64,000 nucleotides of DNA. Origin: a virus. A model generated the notes under the pieces. It was given only the letters and a program-made list of their open reading frames with translations, did no database searches and was not told the DNA's origin. Shown here one piece after another: positions 29,790 to 39,031 of this stretch (position 1 is its first letter; each line of letters begins with the position of its first letter). A program made the position numbers and the translations under genes. The stretch spans positions 1-64,000 of IMG/VR virus record IMGVR_UViG_3300032087_004407. One strand, given 5' to 3'.

Positions 29790-30090
29790 ATAAAAATAAA
29801 TTAAATTAAATAAAAAAAAATTTAAAGCATTGATAATCAATGAGTTACGCATTCGCCGCAATTTAATTGCAAATAAATTAATTATTAATTAAATAAATTA
29901 AATAATAAATAATAAAAAAGGCCAAAAAAATTAAGTCATTGATAATCAGTAACTTAGTTTACTTTGCTACCAGTAAAAATACAACTTGCCGCAAAACTTA
30001 ATTGCAAATAAAAAAATTAATTATTATCTTTTTTAATTAAATAAAATTTAATTGTTAATTAAAGTATTTAATGTTTTTTATTGAATTTTA
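29790..30090. other. very AT-rich non-coding region with repeated motifs (candidate origin)
   Basis: Two copies each of CATTGATAATCA and GCCGCA..TTAATTGCAAATAAA within near-pure A/T tracts. Confidence 0.35.
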
Positions 30091-30460
30091 GCTTGACTTG
30101 TGTAATTATATATAGTACAATGACTATCGCAAAACAACCTCATTCTACTAATAATGAGAAACAAGCGGCTCAAAAAGATGGTCATGAATCCAAGGATTAA
30201 TCCCAAATAAACAAATACGCCGCTTAGTCGCCAAATATAATGCAACATAAATTCTATTTAATAATAGACAAAAATGTATCAGAATTAAAAGCAACAAATA
30301 TGTTTATGAATTGGGTTAAAGATGTTTCAGAGTTTTTATTGCCAAATAATACAGGCACTACTCCAGAAGAGTTTTTCGAGCTAATGAATACAGCAAAAAG
30401 AATATCAAATAACGTTACCAGCGTAGAAAGTACTAAACATTATATATATCATACAAAACA

Positions 30461-30754
30461 ATGAAATGCAAAATAAAAATAATTGGATCAAATAATGATA
30501 TATTATCGTTGGGAAATGAATATCGCGGCGAGTTAATTGCAAATAAATTAATTGTAAATTCGCGCATTGAACATCATCTTTCATCTGAAAATATTTGGGA
30601 GTTACGAGATCAAGACTACAGTAAAGAATTGACATTAGACATCAAAGATGTTATTATATGCGATCAATACATCCATGTGGATGCATGGTTTGTAGATGCA
30701 GACAGTAATGGAGGAAGAGTAGAAATGGAACTATATTGGGAATCACTTGGATAA
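30461..30754 (+). CDS. hypothetical protein
   Basis: 97-aa ORF. Confidence 0.5.
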   Translation: MKCKIKIIGSNNDILSLGNEYRGELIANKLIVNSRIEHHLSSENIWELRDQDYSKELTLDIKDVIICDQYIHVDAWFVDADSNGGRVEMELYWESLG

Positions 30755-31059
30755 TAATAGGTAGTATACTAGTATGGATATACCTAGAAATAATAAATAA
30801 CAATAATTGAAAATAAAAATAAATGAAATATAATTAAATAAAGCACAAATATTTGCTTAAAATATATAGAACTCTCACAAGGCAGGCCAAATACAGGTAC
30901 GACCAAGTGAGAGTTTTTTTATGCAATTGTAAATTAGAAACTGATAAATAATAAATAAAGAAATAATTTGCTTGACAGCGGCGGAATTTTTTGGTAAAAT
31001 GTTATTGAGTCTCAGTCTCAACGGGGCCCCTAGGGCCCCCCCAGCATGTCAAGAAAAAA

Positions 31060-31134
31060 TGGTGGGTCGAGTGAGGTTCGAACTCACAACCAATAGCTTA
31101 AAAGGCTACTGCTCTACCGTTGAGCTACCAACCC
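31060..31134 (-). tRNA. tRNA-Lys(UUU)
   Basis: Reverse complement GGGTTGGTAGCTCAACGGTAGAGCAGTAGC-CTTTTAA-GCTAT...GAGTTCGAACCTC...CCCACCA. Confidence 0.93.
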
Positions 31135-31138
31135 ATGA

Positions 31139-31213
31139 TGGACGCGCAGGCTGGAATCGAACCAGCTCAAAAGACTTTTGCAGAGTCCCGCCTTACCATT
31201 CGGCCACTGCGCG
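31139..31213 (-). tRNA. tRNA-Cys(GCA)
   Basis: Reverse complement CGCGCAG/CTGCGCG acceptor, GGACT-CTGCAAA-AGTCT, GGTTCGATTCC, TCCA. Confidence 0.9.
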
Positions 31214-31221
31214 GTTAATGG

Positions 31222-31500
31222 CTACCAATCGCAGCAGCCACCGTAGTCTTCATCAGTTCCCCAGCCAGCACTTGCCAACGCATCAGCATCAGCTTCGGCA
31301 TCGCTGTTAAACTGATCTTCGTTCCATGTGATCTCGACATCGTCGATAGACCACACAGTCTCAGCAACATCGTTATGCTTCCACACAACATCTGTGCAAT
31401 TTTCCCATGCGCATTCAATCGCATCCTCAAGTCCTTCGTGAGACTTTGGAAACTCGCGGAATGTTCCGCCCTCTTCTATAACTTGGTAACAGTTATCCAT
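31222..31500 (-). CDS. acidic small protein (paralog family A)
   Basis: SHEGLEDAIE and FNSDAEADADALASAGWGTDEDYGG, shared with 36596-36889. Confidence 0.75.
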   Translation of the reverse strand: MDNCYQVIEEGGTFREFPKSHEGLEDAIECAWENCTDVVWKHNDVAETVWSIDDVEITWNEDQFNSDAEADADALASAGWGTDEDYGGCCDW

Positions 31501-31533
31501 AACTTCTTTAGTATAACAAATTTTTCGGTAAAG

Positions 31534-31764
31534 TCAAGCACTAAAGTGTGCTAAAAGACTTTCTGCAGATTCCGCATCGCGGCTTATCGTACGAGCGTTT
31601 TCCAACTCTTTTATCGCAGAGGTTAAGATGCGCCTGATATCGTCCGTTTCACACCATTGTGTTTCTAGGTTGTCAACGACCCACTCAAGAGTACCTTCGA
31701 CTCCTGCAATCTCCATACGCGCTTCTGTTTGCGTTGGCTTTTGTAGATATGCATTCTCTGACAT
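31534..31764 (-). CDS. hypothetical protein
   Basis: Start moved to the ATG at 31764 after a TTGACA..TATACT promoter. Confidence 0.6.
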   Translation of the reverse strand: MSENAYLQKPTQTEARMEIAGVEGTLEWVVDNLETQWCETDDIRRILTSAIKELENARTISRDAESAESLLAHFSA

Positions 31765-32018
31765 AACGAGGACAGTATAGCACGCTTTTTGCCATGTGTC
31801 AACATCTTTTTTACACATATTTTTTGCTTGACTTTCGAGGGGCCCCCCTGTCAAGCTTTTTCTGTGTAAATTTAATTGAACTTTTTTCTTGCAATGTTTT
31901 CCAAATGTGATATAATTATACGCGTCAAAGGGGAAAGCTACCTGAGACAACCAAGCCAAAAAAAAGTTGAATTTTTTGCTTGCAATCGGAAAAAGTTTTT
32001 GTTATAATTATCGGACTT

Positions 32019-32786
32019 ATGAAAGGACTAATGTTACATTGTGGCGCACACGCAGTAGAGCGTGAGCAAGTTGCTGAGGTTAACACTCCCCAGCGCACGG
32101 AGACTTGGACTCCAATTTCTCACGAGTACTTGATCGATGAGGTCAGTCGTACTCTCAACGCCTCTCGCATGAATATTGCAGAGGAATCACACGCCTTGAC
32201 CCGTGATGGTCAACGCTACTTCGGGTTGTTTCGCATCGAGTCACAGGACTTGGCAAACAAGGACTACTCCACCGTGATGGGTCTACGCAATGCACACGAC
32301 AAGTGTTTTCCTGCTGCCATCGCATTTGGTGCAAGCGTTTTCGTTTGCGACAACCTATCGTTCTCTGGTGAGACTCAATTGGCTCGACGCCACACCAAGA
32401 ACATCTTCCGCGATTTGCCGCAGGTCATTTCGCGCACCATTGGCCAACTTGCTGACAAGTGGTCATTTCAGGACAAGCGTTTCGACGCTTATCGTAACAC
32501 GGACATCTCCGACAAGGAGGCTTGTTTCTTGGTTCGCGAGGCTTATCGTGCTGGTGCTTGCAAAAAGACCGACGCGATGGACATTCTCGACCAATGGGAA
32601 AAGCCCAACCATCCTGAGTTCGAGGATCGCAATGCTTGGAGTCTCTTCAACGCATTCACCGAGGAGTTGAAAGGCAACTTGATTGCCCTCCCCAAACGCA
32701 CACAAGCTCTTCACGGCTTGCTTGACGGTCACTGCGGTGTTCTTTCCGCAGATGAGTTACCCGCCACCAACGTCATTAACAATTAA
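32019..32786 (+). CDS. DUF932/DUF945-family protein
   Basis: TWTPISH, GLRNAHDK, VFVCDNLSF, RRHT and WSLFNAFTE motifs. Confidence 0.75.
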   Translation: MKGLMLHCGAHAVEREQVAEVNTPQRTETWTPISHEYLIDEVSRTLNASRMNIAEESHALTRDGQRYFGLFRIESQDLANKDYSTVMGLRNAHDKCFPAAIAFGASVFVCDNLSFSGETQLARRHTKNIFRDLPQVISRTIGQLADKWSFQDKRFDAYRNTDISDKEACFLVREAYRAGACKKTDAMDILDQWEKPNHPEFEDRNAWSLFNAFTEELKGNLIALPKRTQALHGLLDGHCGVLSADELPATNVINN

Positions 32787-32804
32787 TCGAAAGGATTTTT
32801 TGAT

Positions 32805-33035
32805 ATGGTACATCATCACCTAAAGAGCGTGCTTAATCGCACCAAAGGTCGTTTCACCAGTTTCTTGGTGAAGGATGGTTCTCGCCTCGGCTTGAGCGTA
32901 TACAGCGCCAAGCACGTGAGCGCAACTCCTAAGTCTGTAGTGTTTGAAGACACGAACGGCGCAGGACGCAAGCGCATCGCTCGCGAGAATATCTTGGTCG
33001 CTCAAGTAGCGAACGACGTATTCTACCGCAAGTAG
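32805..33035 (+). CDS. hypothetical protein
   Basis: 76-aa ORF followed by a terminator. Confidence 0.55.
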   Translation: MVHHHLKSVLNRTKGRFTSFLVKDGSRLGLSVYSAKHVSATPKSVVFEDTNGAGRKRIARENILVAQVANDVFYRK

Positions 33036-33057
33036 AATCAGGGACATTCCCAAAGCA

Positions 33058-33089
33058 CCCGCTCACACTTGTTGTGAGTGGGATTTTTT
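33058..33089 (+). terminator. intrinsic terminator
   Basis: CCCGCTCAC-loop-GTGAGTGGG followed by ATTTTTT. Confidence 0.7.
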
Positions 33090-33185
33090 GCTTGACACGA
33101 TCGGGGGGGCCCCTCCCAGATGTCAAGTCTTTTCTTTGCTGATTTTAACGCTTGACTTTTTCCGTCAGTCTGCTATACTGTTCAC

Positions 33186-33503
33186 ATGAATGAGGGATTT
33201 ATTGCTTACACTAAAGACAACATCAACCTTTTTAGGTTGTTATCATTGCGCAGTGCGTTAAAACTAGAGATAGTTGGCATGAAAAAGCGCGGACGTTCAG
33301 CTTACAGCATTATCAAAGAAGAGTTTGGATTTAAAGGTAGCAAAGAATCAGTATTGGCAGACTTGCAAGAGTTAATCGCACAAAAAAAAGATGAAAACAC
33401 TACAAGCGTACAAAAAGATAAGAAAGCCGCTTCCTCCCCCTTCATTCCCCTTGCCGAGCAAAAAAACTTACTCAAGGAAGAAAAAGTTCAAAAAAGGGGT
33501 TGA
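33186..33503 (+). CDS. hypothetical protein
   Basis: Leaderless promoter; ALKLEI.GMK.RGRSAY..IK phage-type motif. Confidence 0.6.
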   Translation: MNEGFIAYTKDNINLFRLLSLRSALKLEIVGMKKRGRSAYSIIKEEFGFKGSKESVLADLQELIAQKKDENTTSVQKDKKAASSPFIPLAEQKNLLKEEKVQKRG

Positions 33504-33535
33504 CATAGGAGAATAGGTGTGCTATAATTATCGCG

Positions 33536-33748
33536 TTGTTTGAGAGAAGTATGAAGACTGTTGAAATGGAAAACTACTTGGAAGACATGGCTCAGGTTTT
33601 ATTCGGCCGTGGTCGCAAGGTTGCAATGGACAACCAACTGTGTGTGATGTGCGGAGGTGACGCGAATTACTTCGCGGATGAGCTTTCCCGCAAAGAGTAT
33701 GGCATATCTGGTATGTGCCAAGAGTGTCAGGACAAAACTTTTGCTTGA
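33536..33748 (+). CDS. small zinc-finger protein
   Basis: CVMC...F.DELS.KEY.ISGMCQECQD. Confidence 0.65.
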   Translation: MFERSMKTVEMENYLEDMAQVLFGRGRKVAMDNQLCVMCGGDANYFADELSRKEYGISGMCQECQDKTFA

Positions 33749-33784
33749 CATACGACAAAAACTCTGGTATAATTTACGGACTTT

Positions 33785-34075
33785 ATGAGAAAAGAAGTTG
33801 CTATAAGCGAAGGTCAGTTGTACAAGTTCAAAGGTGCAACGGTGCGTGTGGTGAAGCCAACCAACAACGATATGTGGTTGGTAACTGGTAAAGGACAGCT
33901 TTGGGGTTTCGCCAAAGACAGTCAGTTGGGCAAAGCGTCCAACAGAGAGAAGAGAGCTTACGAAGGTAAGCCAAGTTTAGTGGATCGATTTTTAGGTGCA
34001 TCAGAAGCACTTGGTGCGAAAGTTGGCCTATTATCCGTAGCATTGGTTATCGCAACGATAGCCGTTCTCTCATAA
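33785..34075 (+). CDS. SH3-like protein with C-terminal membrane anchor
   Basis: Has its own promoter; hydrophobic C-terminus. Confidence 0.55.
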   Translation: MRKEVAISEGQLYKFKGATVRVVKPTNNDMWLVTGKGQLWGFAKDSQLGKASNREKRAYEGKPSLVDRFLGASEALGAKVGLLSVALVIATIAVLS

Positions 34076-34081
34076 CAAACA

Positions 34082-34355
34082 AGTCAGACTGGGCTGACTA
34101 TAAACAACCCAGAAAATTTTCTCGTTCGACGGAGCGAGATAGGTGTGGCTGAATAAATCTTCGCCTAGAGGATTAAGGCACGCTTAACAGAACCAACGGC
34201 CAAGTGGCAGAGGAACTGTTGGGTGGTTTGAGTAGAGATCACTGAACTTGATCTAGGACTCGAAAGATGCAGGTAATCAATGAATCCTGTCACCATTTTT
34301 AATTTTGAGTTGGCGAGTTAAACACGCCTCCATCGCCCCCAAGGGACAGGGATGG
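34082..34355 (+). ncRNA. structured non-coding RNA region (H-type pseudoknot plus multi-stem domain, possibly manA-like)
   Basis: AGTCAG/CTGACT crossed by CTGGG/CCCAG; TCTCGTTC/GAGCGAGA; CCAACGG/CTGTTGG; AGATCA/TGATCT; GCAGG/CCTGT; GGTGG/TCACC. Confidence 0.65.
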
Positions 34356-34506
34356 TAAGACATTTTACGCTTTATTGCTGGTGGCGCGGCAACAACTCAT
34401 TTTTTTCCTTGACTTTTTGAGGGGGGCCCCCCACCCATGTCAAGCTTTTTCTTTGCTGCTTTTTCTTATTGACTTATTTTTTGAATGTGCTATAATGTTC
34501 CCCGTT

Positions 34507-34650
34507 ATGAGAGAACAGATTGAAGAAAAAATTGCACAATGGGTTGATGACCTCGAACGCACTCCGCATTATCCATACCTCGACAAAATTGTCACAGATG
34601 AGGACGTCGAAAAACTTTGCGAGGTTGTAGAAAAAATGTTTGACAACTAA
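34507..34650 (+). CDS. hypothetical small protein
   Basis: Promoter followed by a CCGTTATGAGAGA start module. Confidence 0.55.
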   Translation: MREQIEEKIAQWVDDLERTPHYPYLDKIVTDEDVEKLCEVVEKMFDN

Positions 34651-34678
34651 CCCTGTATCTGCTATACTTTTTCCCGTT

Positions 34679-35425
34679 ATGACAAACAACTTGCTAAAAT
34701 TCGGATTTGAGAACGCTAAACTAAAAGGCATTTGGCATTTCAGCTTGCCAAGTGGTTGGACTTGCCCCGCTGCCACGGTGTGCATGACACGCGCAGACAA
34801 AACCACAGGAAAAATTTCTGACGGTAAAAACCAAGAGTTTCGTTGTTATGCTGCTATGGACGAGGCACGTTATCCCACAGTCCGCAAAGCGCGTTGGCAC
34901 AATTTCGATTTGCTAAAGAATTTGACCAAGGATGAAATGGTCGAGCTTATCTCGGACAGTTTACCCGCTGGCCTTCGTCGTGGTGGTTTGCTTCGTGTGC
35001 ATATAGGTGGCGACTTTTTCAAGGCAGATTATTTTCAGGCATGGAAAGAGGTTGCGGAGAAGTTTAAGAAGATTACCTTTTACGCTTATACAAAAAGCCT
35101 TCACATTTGGGAGAAGTTCGTCAACGTCATTCCCGACAATTTCATTCTCACCGCATCCAAAGGCGGGAGATTCGACGAGAAAATCGAATTGCTTGGCTTA
35201 AAAAGTGCCGAGGTTTTCTTGAGCGAAGAAGAAGCGACTATGGCAAACCTTGAGATTGACCACGACGACAGCCATGCTTGGGAGGGCAAAGAGTCTTTTG
35301 CCTTGCTTATACATGGACAACAAAAAGCTGGCAGCAAAGCCAGCGAAGCCCAAAAAGCCTTGAGGAAAAAAGGCATTCACGGCATCAAGCAACACAAAAA
35401 AAAGGAGGTGACTGTTGCCGCTTGA
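34679..35425 (+). CDS. phage Gp88-like protein (radical-SAM-like Cys motif)
   Basis: FSLPSGWTCPAATVC, CYA, RVHIGGDF and FYAYTKS motifs. Confidence 0.7.
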   Translation: MTNNLLKFGFENAKLKGIWHFSLPSGWTCPAATVCMTRADKTTGKISDGKNQEFRCYAAMDEARYPTVRKARWHNFDLLKNLTKDEMVELISDSLPAGLRRGGLLRVHIGGDFFKADYFQAWKEVAEKFKKITFYAYTKSLHIWEKFVNVIPDNFILTASKGGRFDEKIELLGLKSAEVFLSEEEATMANLEIDHDDSHAWEGKESFALLIHGQQKAGSKASEAQKALRKKGIHGIKQHKKKEVTVAA

Positions 35426-35485
35426 TATCATTATCTTAGGAGCATTGTTTTACGGTAGTTGGTTAGTAGTTAATGATATAAAAAA

Positions 35486-35917
35486 ATGAGTAAAAAGAAC
35501 TTGATAAGAACGTGGCTAGATCACCCCCCAAAAGGTAGGGTGCAGGTATACTACAACTTGCACAAAAAATGTTTGTCAATTAGGTACAAAGGAAAAGTAA
35601 TTGAACACGCTCGCGAAGTTACGTTGACTGATGCGCGTTTTCATGTTCAACCCGCAGGCCGTGCGCGCGTACTTCGTGAAAAGAAAAAGAACGTGCACGC
35701 TTACGTTTCGGGAAAGCTAAAAGAAAGTTTTTGGTTCACGCAAGCACCCGCCTACGTTTGGACTGCTGAAAAGCGCGTGACATACAACCCATATAAAAAC
35801 GAAACTTTCGTTGATAAATCAAACAACGAAATCGTAACCAGCGCAGAGGTTGTACATATTGCAGACAAAGTTATAACTGCTGGACAATTTGATCAAAAAA
35901 ATCGTCGAGCTTGGTAG
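35486..35917 (+). CDS. conserved phage hypothetical protein
   Basis: VYYNLHK..S, GR.RVLREKKKNVHAYV and YNPYK..F motifs. Confidence 0.7.
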   Translation: MSKKNLIRTWLDHPPKGRVQVYYNLHKKCLSIRYKGKVIEHAREVTLTDARFHVQPAGRARVLREKKKNVHAYVSGKLKESFWFTQAPAYVWTAEKRVTYNPYKNETFVDKSNNEIVTSAEVVHIADKVITAGQFDQKNRRAW

Positions 35918-36053
35918 GTCGAATTGCAATACAATTAAATAGCAAATCAATAAATAGTAAATACAAAACCTCAAGCACTATGTAAACAATTATTAAAAAA
36001 ATTAAATTTCATAATCGGCAGGGGCCCCCCTCCCCCAGCACGAACCGTGCCAG

Positions 36054-36212
36054 TTACTCGCCAGTCCAGCAAGTATCACCAGCCCAGCCGAAGTCCTCTG
36101 TGTAGACCTCCTCCAACTCCACCTCACCAGCGAAGTCGTGCTGCTTGGCCTCACGCGTCAGAGCCGCGTCCTGCTCATTCATCCAGTCGATATGCTTATC
36201 CTTTTCACTCAT
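36054..36212 (-). CDS. acidic 52-aa protein (not in the ORF track)
   Basis: MSEKDKHIDWMNEQDAALTREAKQHDFAGEVELEEVYTEDFGWAGDTCWTGE; has its own promoter. Confidence 0.6.
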   Translation of the reverse strand: MSEKDKHIDWMNEQDAALTREAKQHDFAGEVELEEVYTEDFGWAGDTCWTGE

Positions 36213-36257
36213 AACAAAAACAGTTTAACAGAATTTAAAAAAAAGTCAACTAAAAAA

Positions 36258-36449
36258 TTAACCCGCCATGGAATCATCCCAGACGACCTCACCCTTGAAC
36301 GTGACGCACGCGCCATTGTCAAAGGCCAACTTGATGGCTTTTTCAAGACCATCGTGAGAACGCGGAAAACCAGCAGTGCCAAGCTCCCACTCCACCTGAT
36401 ACATATCAGCCAACATTTCGTCGAACGAGTTCAGTTTCATATCTCTCAT
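36258..36449 (-). CDS. small protein (paralog family A, N-terminal module)
   Basis: FPRSHDGLEKAI motif shared with 31222-31500 and 36596-36889. Confidence 0.7.
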   Translation of the reverse strand: MRDMKLNSFDEMLADMYQVEWELGTAGFPRSHDGLEKAIKLAFDNGACVTFKGEVVWDDSMAG

Positions 36450-36595
36450 AACGGAAAACAGTATATCACACTTTCAGATAATTGCAAGCATTTTTTTGCA
36501 TTTTTATTTATTTTTTTTACACGCAACTTGGCACGACATCTGCTGGGGAGGCGGGGCCCCCGTGATGATAAAATTACAATATTTTTATACGGCGA

Positions 36596-36889
36596 TTAGT
36601 ACTCGCAATCGTAGCATCCGCCGTAGTCCTCATCCATACCCCAGCCCGCGCTGGCCAACGCATCCGCGTCAGCTTCCGCGTCAGAGTTGAAGCCGTCCCA
36701 CGGCTCGTCTGCATCAAAAGACCCAGAATCCTCAAACGACCAGACCAACTCGGTCTCACCGTCACGCTCACACATAACGTCAGCACCAATTTCATTGGCA
36801 GCTTCAATCGCGTCCTCAAGCCCGTCATGGCTTACGTCAAACATACGGTGCAAACCGTCCTCGTCAATTACATAGTACATATTACTCAT
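36596..36889 (-). CDS. acidic small protein (paralog family A)
   Basis: SHDGLEDAIE and FNSDAEADADALASAGWGMDEDYGG. Confidence 0.75.
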   Translation of the reverse strand: MSNMYYVIDEDGLHRMFDVSHDGLEDAIEAANEIGADVMCERDGETELVWSFEDSGSFDADEPWDGFNSDAEADADALASAGWGMDEDYGGCYDCEY

Positions 36890-36922
36890 AACAAAAAAAG
36901 TCTACCAGAATTTTAAAAAAAG

Positions 36923-37078
36923 TCAAGCACATTCAGGGCATGACTCAAAAAACTTACACCAGCACCGATCATCGGCCTCGTCTTCGACATTGTCGAAACC
37001 GTTCGGGACGGTCACACCAGCGACCCATGCATCGGACTCCATCTCAAACACCTCTTCACAAGTAATCATATCTCTCAT
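36923..37078 (-). CDS. acidic Cys-containing 51-aa protein (not in the ORF track)
   Basis: MRDMITCEEVFEMESDAW...CWCKFFESCPECA; has its own promoter. Confidence 0.6.
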   Translation of the reverse strand: MRDMITCEEVFEMESDAWVAGVTVPNGFDNVEDEADDRCWCKFFESCPECA

Positions 37079-37290
37079 AACGAAAAACAGTATATCACAA
37101 TTTCCCGAAAAGTCAACACTAAAAACAAACTTTTTTTCAAAAAATTAACTTTTTTTTCAGTATAAAATCGCTGACATTTGGCACGACATCTGCTGGGGAG
37201 GCGGGGCCCCATGCGATGACAAAATTACAATGTTTTTTTCTTTCATTTAGGAAGGCGGCTAGGATTAACCTAGCCACCTTCCATCGAACC

Positions 37291-37500
37291 CTACATGATG
37301 TTGATGCCTTGGCGTTTGAACCATCGGCGCAACTCGTGTATCGCCTTTTCGCTCGGGTGAGCGAGGTACGGCGTAACCTCTGGGTTTGGGGAAAAGTAGA
37401 ACGTGCCTTTCCTTGTAGGCTCGAGACGAAAGCCCAGCTTTAGTGCTTTGCGCTCGATTTTTTTGTAGGTAGAAGATTGATGCTTGTTTGCCATACTCAA
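37291..37500 (-). CDS. HicA-like small basic protein
   Basis: KA.KLGFRLE.T.KG..F...HPS pattern; hairpin at 37250-37282 downstream. Confidence 0.4.
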   Translation of the reverse strand: MSMANKHQSSTYKKIERKALKLGFRLEPTRKGTFYFSPNPEVTPYLAHPSEKAIHELRRWFKRQGINIM

Positions 37501-37518
37501 TTATTCTTTGTAACATTA

Positions 37519-37764
37519 TTATTTGCCGAAGTAGTCGTGATCTTCGAAGATGTTGTCAATTCCGATAACCTCCCACACGTCGCCGTTTGTCCATTCGTTA
37601 TTGAACTGCTCGGCCTTAAACAGTTTGTCCATGTCCTCTAGTCTTGTTTCGATGGGAAACGTGGTGTGAACTCGGGTGCAGCCTGCGTGGATGTGCTGGC
37701 CTGTAAACTCAGGGTTTCTGCGTGTCTTGAACACTACCTTCCAGAATGTCTTTCTTTCTCTCAT
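37519..37764 (-). CDS. hypothetical protein
   Basis: Start moved to MRERKTFW after the promoter. Confidence 0.6.
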   Translation of the reverse strand: MRERKTFWKVVFKTRRNPEFTGQHIHAGCTRVHTTFPIETRLEDMDKLFKAEQFNNEWTNGDVWEVIGIDNIFEDHDYFGK

Positions 37765-37821
37765 AACTTCAAACAGTCTATCACAATTTTCTCTAAAAGT
37801 CAACTCTTTTTTTCAACTTTT

Positions 37822-37980
37822 TTACCATTCCACAACTCGGAACCATTCGCCCTTTACGCGCCTATTTAATGGCGTGTAACTTGTCCACTCTTTCAAGGGA
37901 ATCTCTTTGACTGTCCGCACTCCATCAACCCAAGGTCCCATGACCTTAACCGTTTTTTCTTTCATATTCTTATCTCTCAT
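37822..37980 (-). CDS. hypothetical protein
   Basis: Start moved to MRDKNMKE; promoter nearly identical to that of the previous gene. Confidence 0.55.
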   Translation of the reverse strand: MRDKNMKEKTVKVMGPWVDGVRTVKEIPLKEWTSYTPLNRRVKGEWFRVVEW

Positions 37981-38023
37981 AACTTCAAACAGTCTATCAC
38001 AATTCTTTTCAAAAGTCAACACT

Positions 38024-38230
38024 TTATTTCATCTTTTTTTTCATGTGGTCAGCCCATTCTTTGGCTCGCCTTTCGCGGTCTGCGATTGCCAACATTGGAA
38101 AATCTTTGTCCTTTTGTGTTGGTGGTAGTGTGAACATTCCGCGTTTGAATTGTTCCCACGTTGGGCGGTCGATTGGGTGAATGTTTTCCCATGCTCGTTT
38201 CAGTTCTTTTCGTTGTTCTATTTCTCTCAT
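38024..38230 (-). CDS. hypothetical protein
   Basis: Leaderless promoter. Confidence 0.55.
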   Translation of the reverse strand: MREIEQRKELKRAWENIHPIDRPTWEQFKRGMFTLPPTQKDKDFPMLAIADRERRAKEWADHMKKKMK

Positions 38231-38515
38231 GTCGGTTTCTAGTATACAGATTTTTTTGATAAAGTCAAGTCTTAAAACGGTATTTTGTTGACTAAAAAGT
38301 CCACCGCTTTTTCGATGAATTCGTTCGTGGCATCAACCGCCTTTTCGATTTTGTCATTTAGAGCGTCTATCACGTTCAACATGCGTATATTAAACCACAG
38401 ATTGGCCCGAAAGTCAAGAGTTAATTTCACTTTTTTTTCTTTTTTTTTATCTGATAATGAGACACAGTCTCAACGCGGCGGGGCCCCGCCCGAGGGCGGG
38501 TGTGTCAACTACTTT

Positions 38516-39031
38516 TTATAGTTTATAAAAAGCGTGCTGACCGATCACCTTGACTGGCTTCTGTCCTTTTGCCCAGTACGGTTTCTTTTTCATCCACGTT
38601 GCGTGGTAGTGGTTAGCGTAGCCAATGAAGTCACGTGACAAACTCTTGACGTTCTTCGCCACGGTGATGGCGTACTTCGCCTGTGGTGTCTTGAGTAGAT
38701 GCTCAAGATCTTTAACACTCTTGCCATTCCAGCAACTGAACTGCCATTTCTTAAGACAAACTTCTGTTGGTGTTTGTTTACGTTCAAACGCTCGCTGCGC
38801 TATGCACGCACCAACCGCATACATACCAGCCTCACCTTCACCCCTAGCCTCTGCTAGTATAGTGATGGCAACCACCTTAACCTCATGAGTTAACTGATGA
38901 TTTTTATGTGTGTGATTAGCTTGTGCGCTAGTCCACCACAACAAGCAACTGCTTACAGTCAACGCCGTGGCGCAAGTACGTGGCATCTTGTAACCTATCT
39001 TGATTAGCTTCAACAAAACCTTGGGAAACAT
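38516..39031 (-). CDS. SleB/CwlJ-family cell wall hydrolase
   Basis: ILAEARGEG..GM.AV, QFSCWN, P.WA and IGQHAFYK motifs. Confidence 0.85.
   Translation of the reverse strand: MFPKVLLKLIKIGYKMPRTCATALTVSSCLLWWTSAQANHTHKNHQLTHEVKVVAITILAEARGEGEAGMYAVGACIAQRAFERKQTPTEVCLKKWQFSCWNGKSVKDLEHLLKTPQAKYAITVAKNVKSLSRDFIGYANHYHATWMKKKPYWAKGQKPVKVIGQHAFYKL

Larger units (their letters stand above)
31023..38487. repeat. dispersed intergenic GGGGCCCC palindrome, 8 copies
   Basis: Copies at 31023, 31839, 33106, 34423, 36021, 36553, 37203 and 38480; none noticed outside this span. Confidence 0.85.

Noticed and set aside
30870-30920. 9-bp stem with a 28-nt loop as an eighth guide unit
   Set aside because: It lacks the AAYAAAG linker, the P2 pairing and ACGA-N14-CAA. 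It is more likely a terminator-like structure with a U-tract.
30972-31310. 112-aa ORF on the + strand
   Set aside because: It is the antisense of tRNA-Lys and tRNA-Cys and begins at a -35 box.
36021-37210. KOPS (GGGNAGGG) or integron attC reading of the G-rich elements
   Set aside because: Only one copy fits KOPS and orientations are mixed. There are no attC R/L boxes and no integrase in the window.
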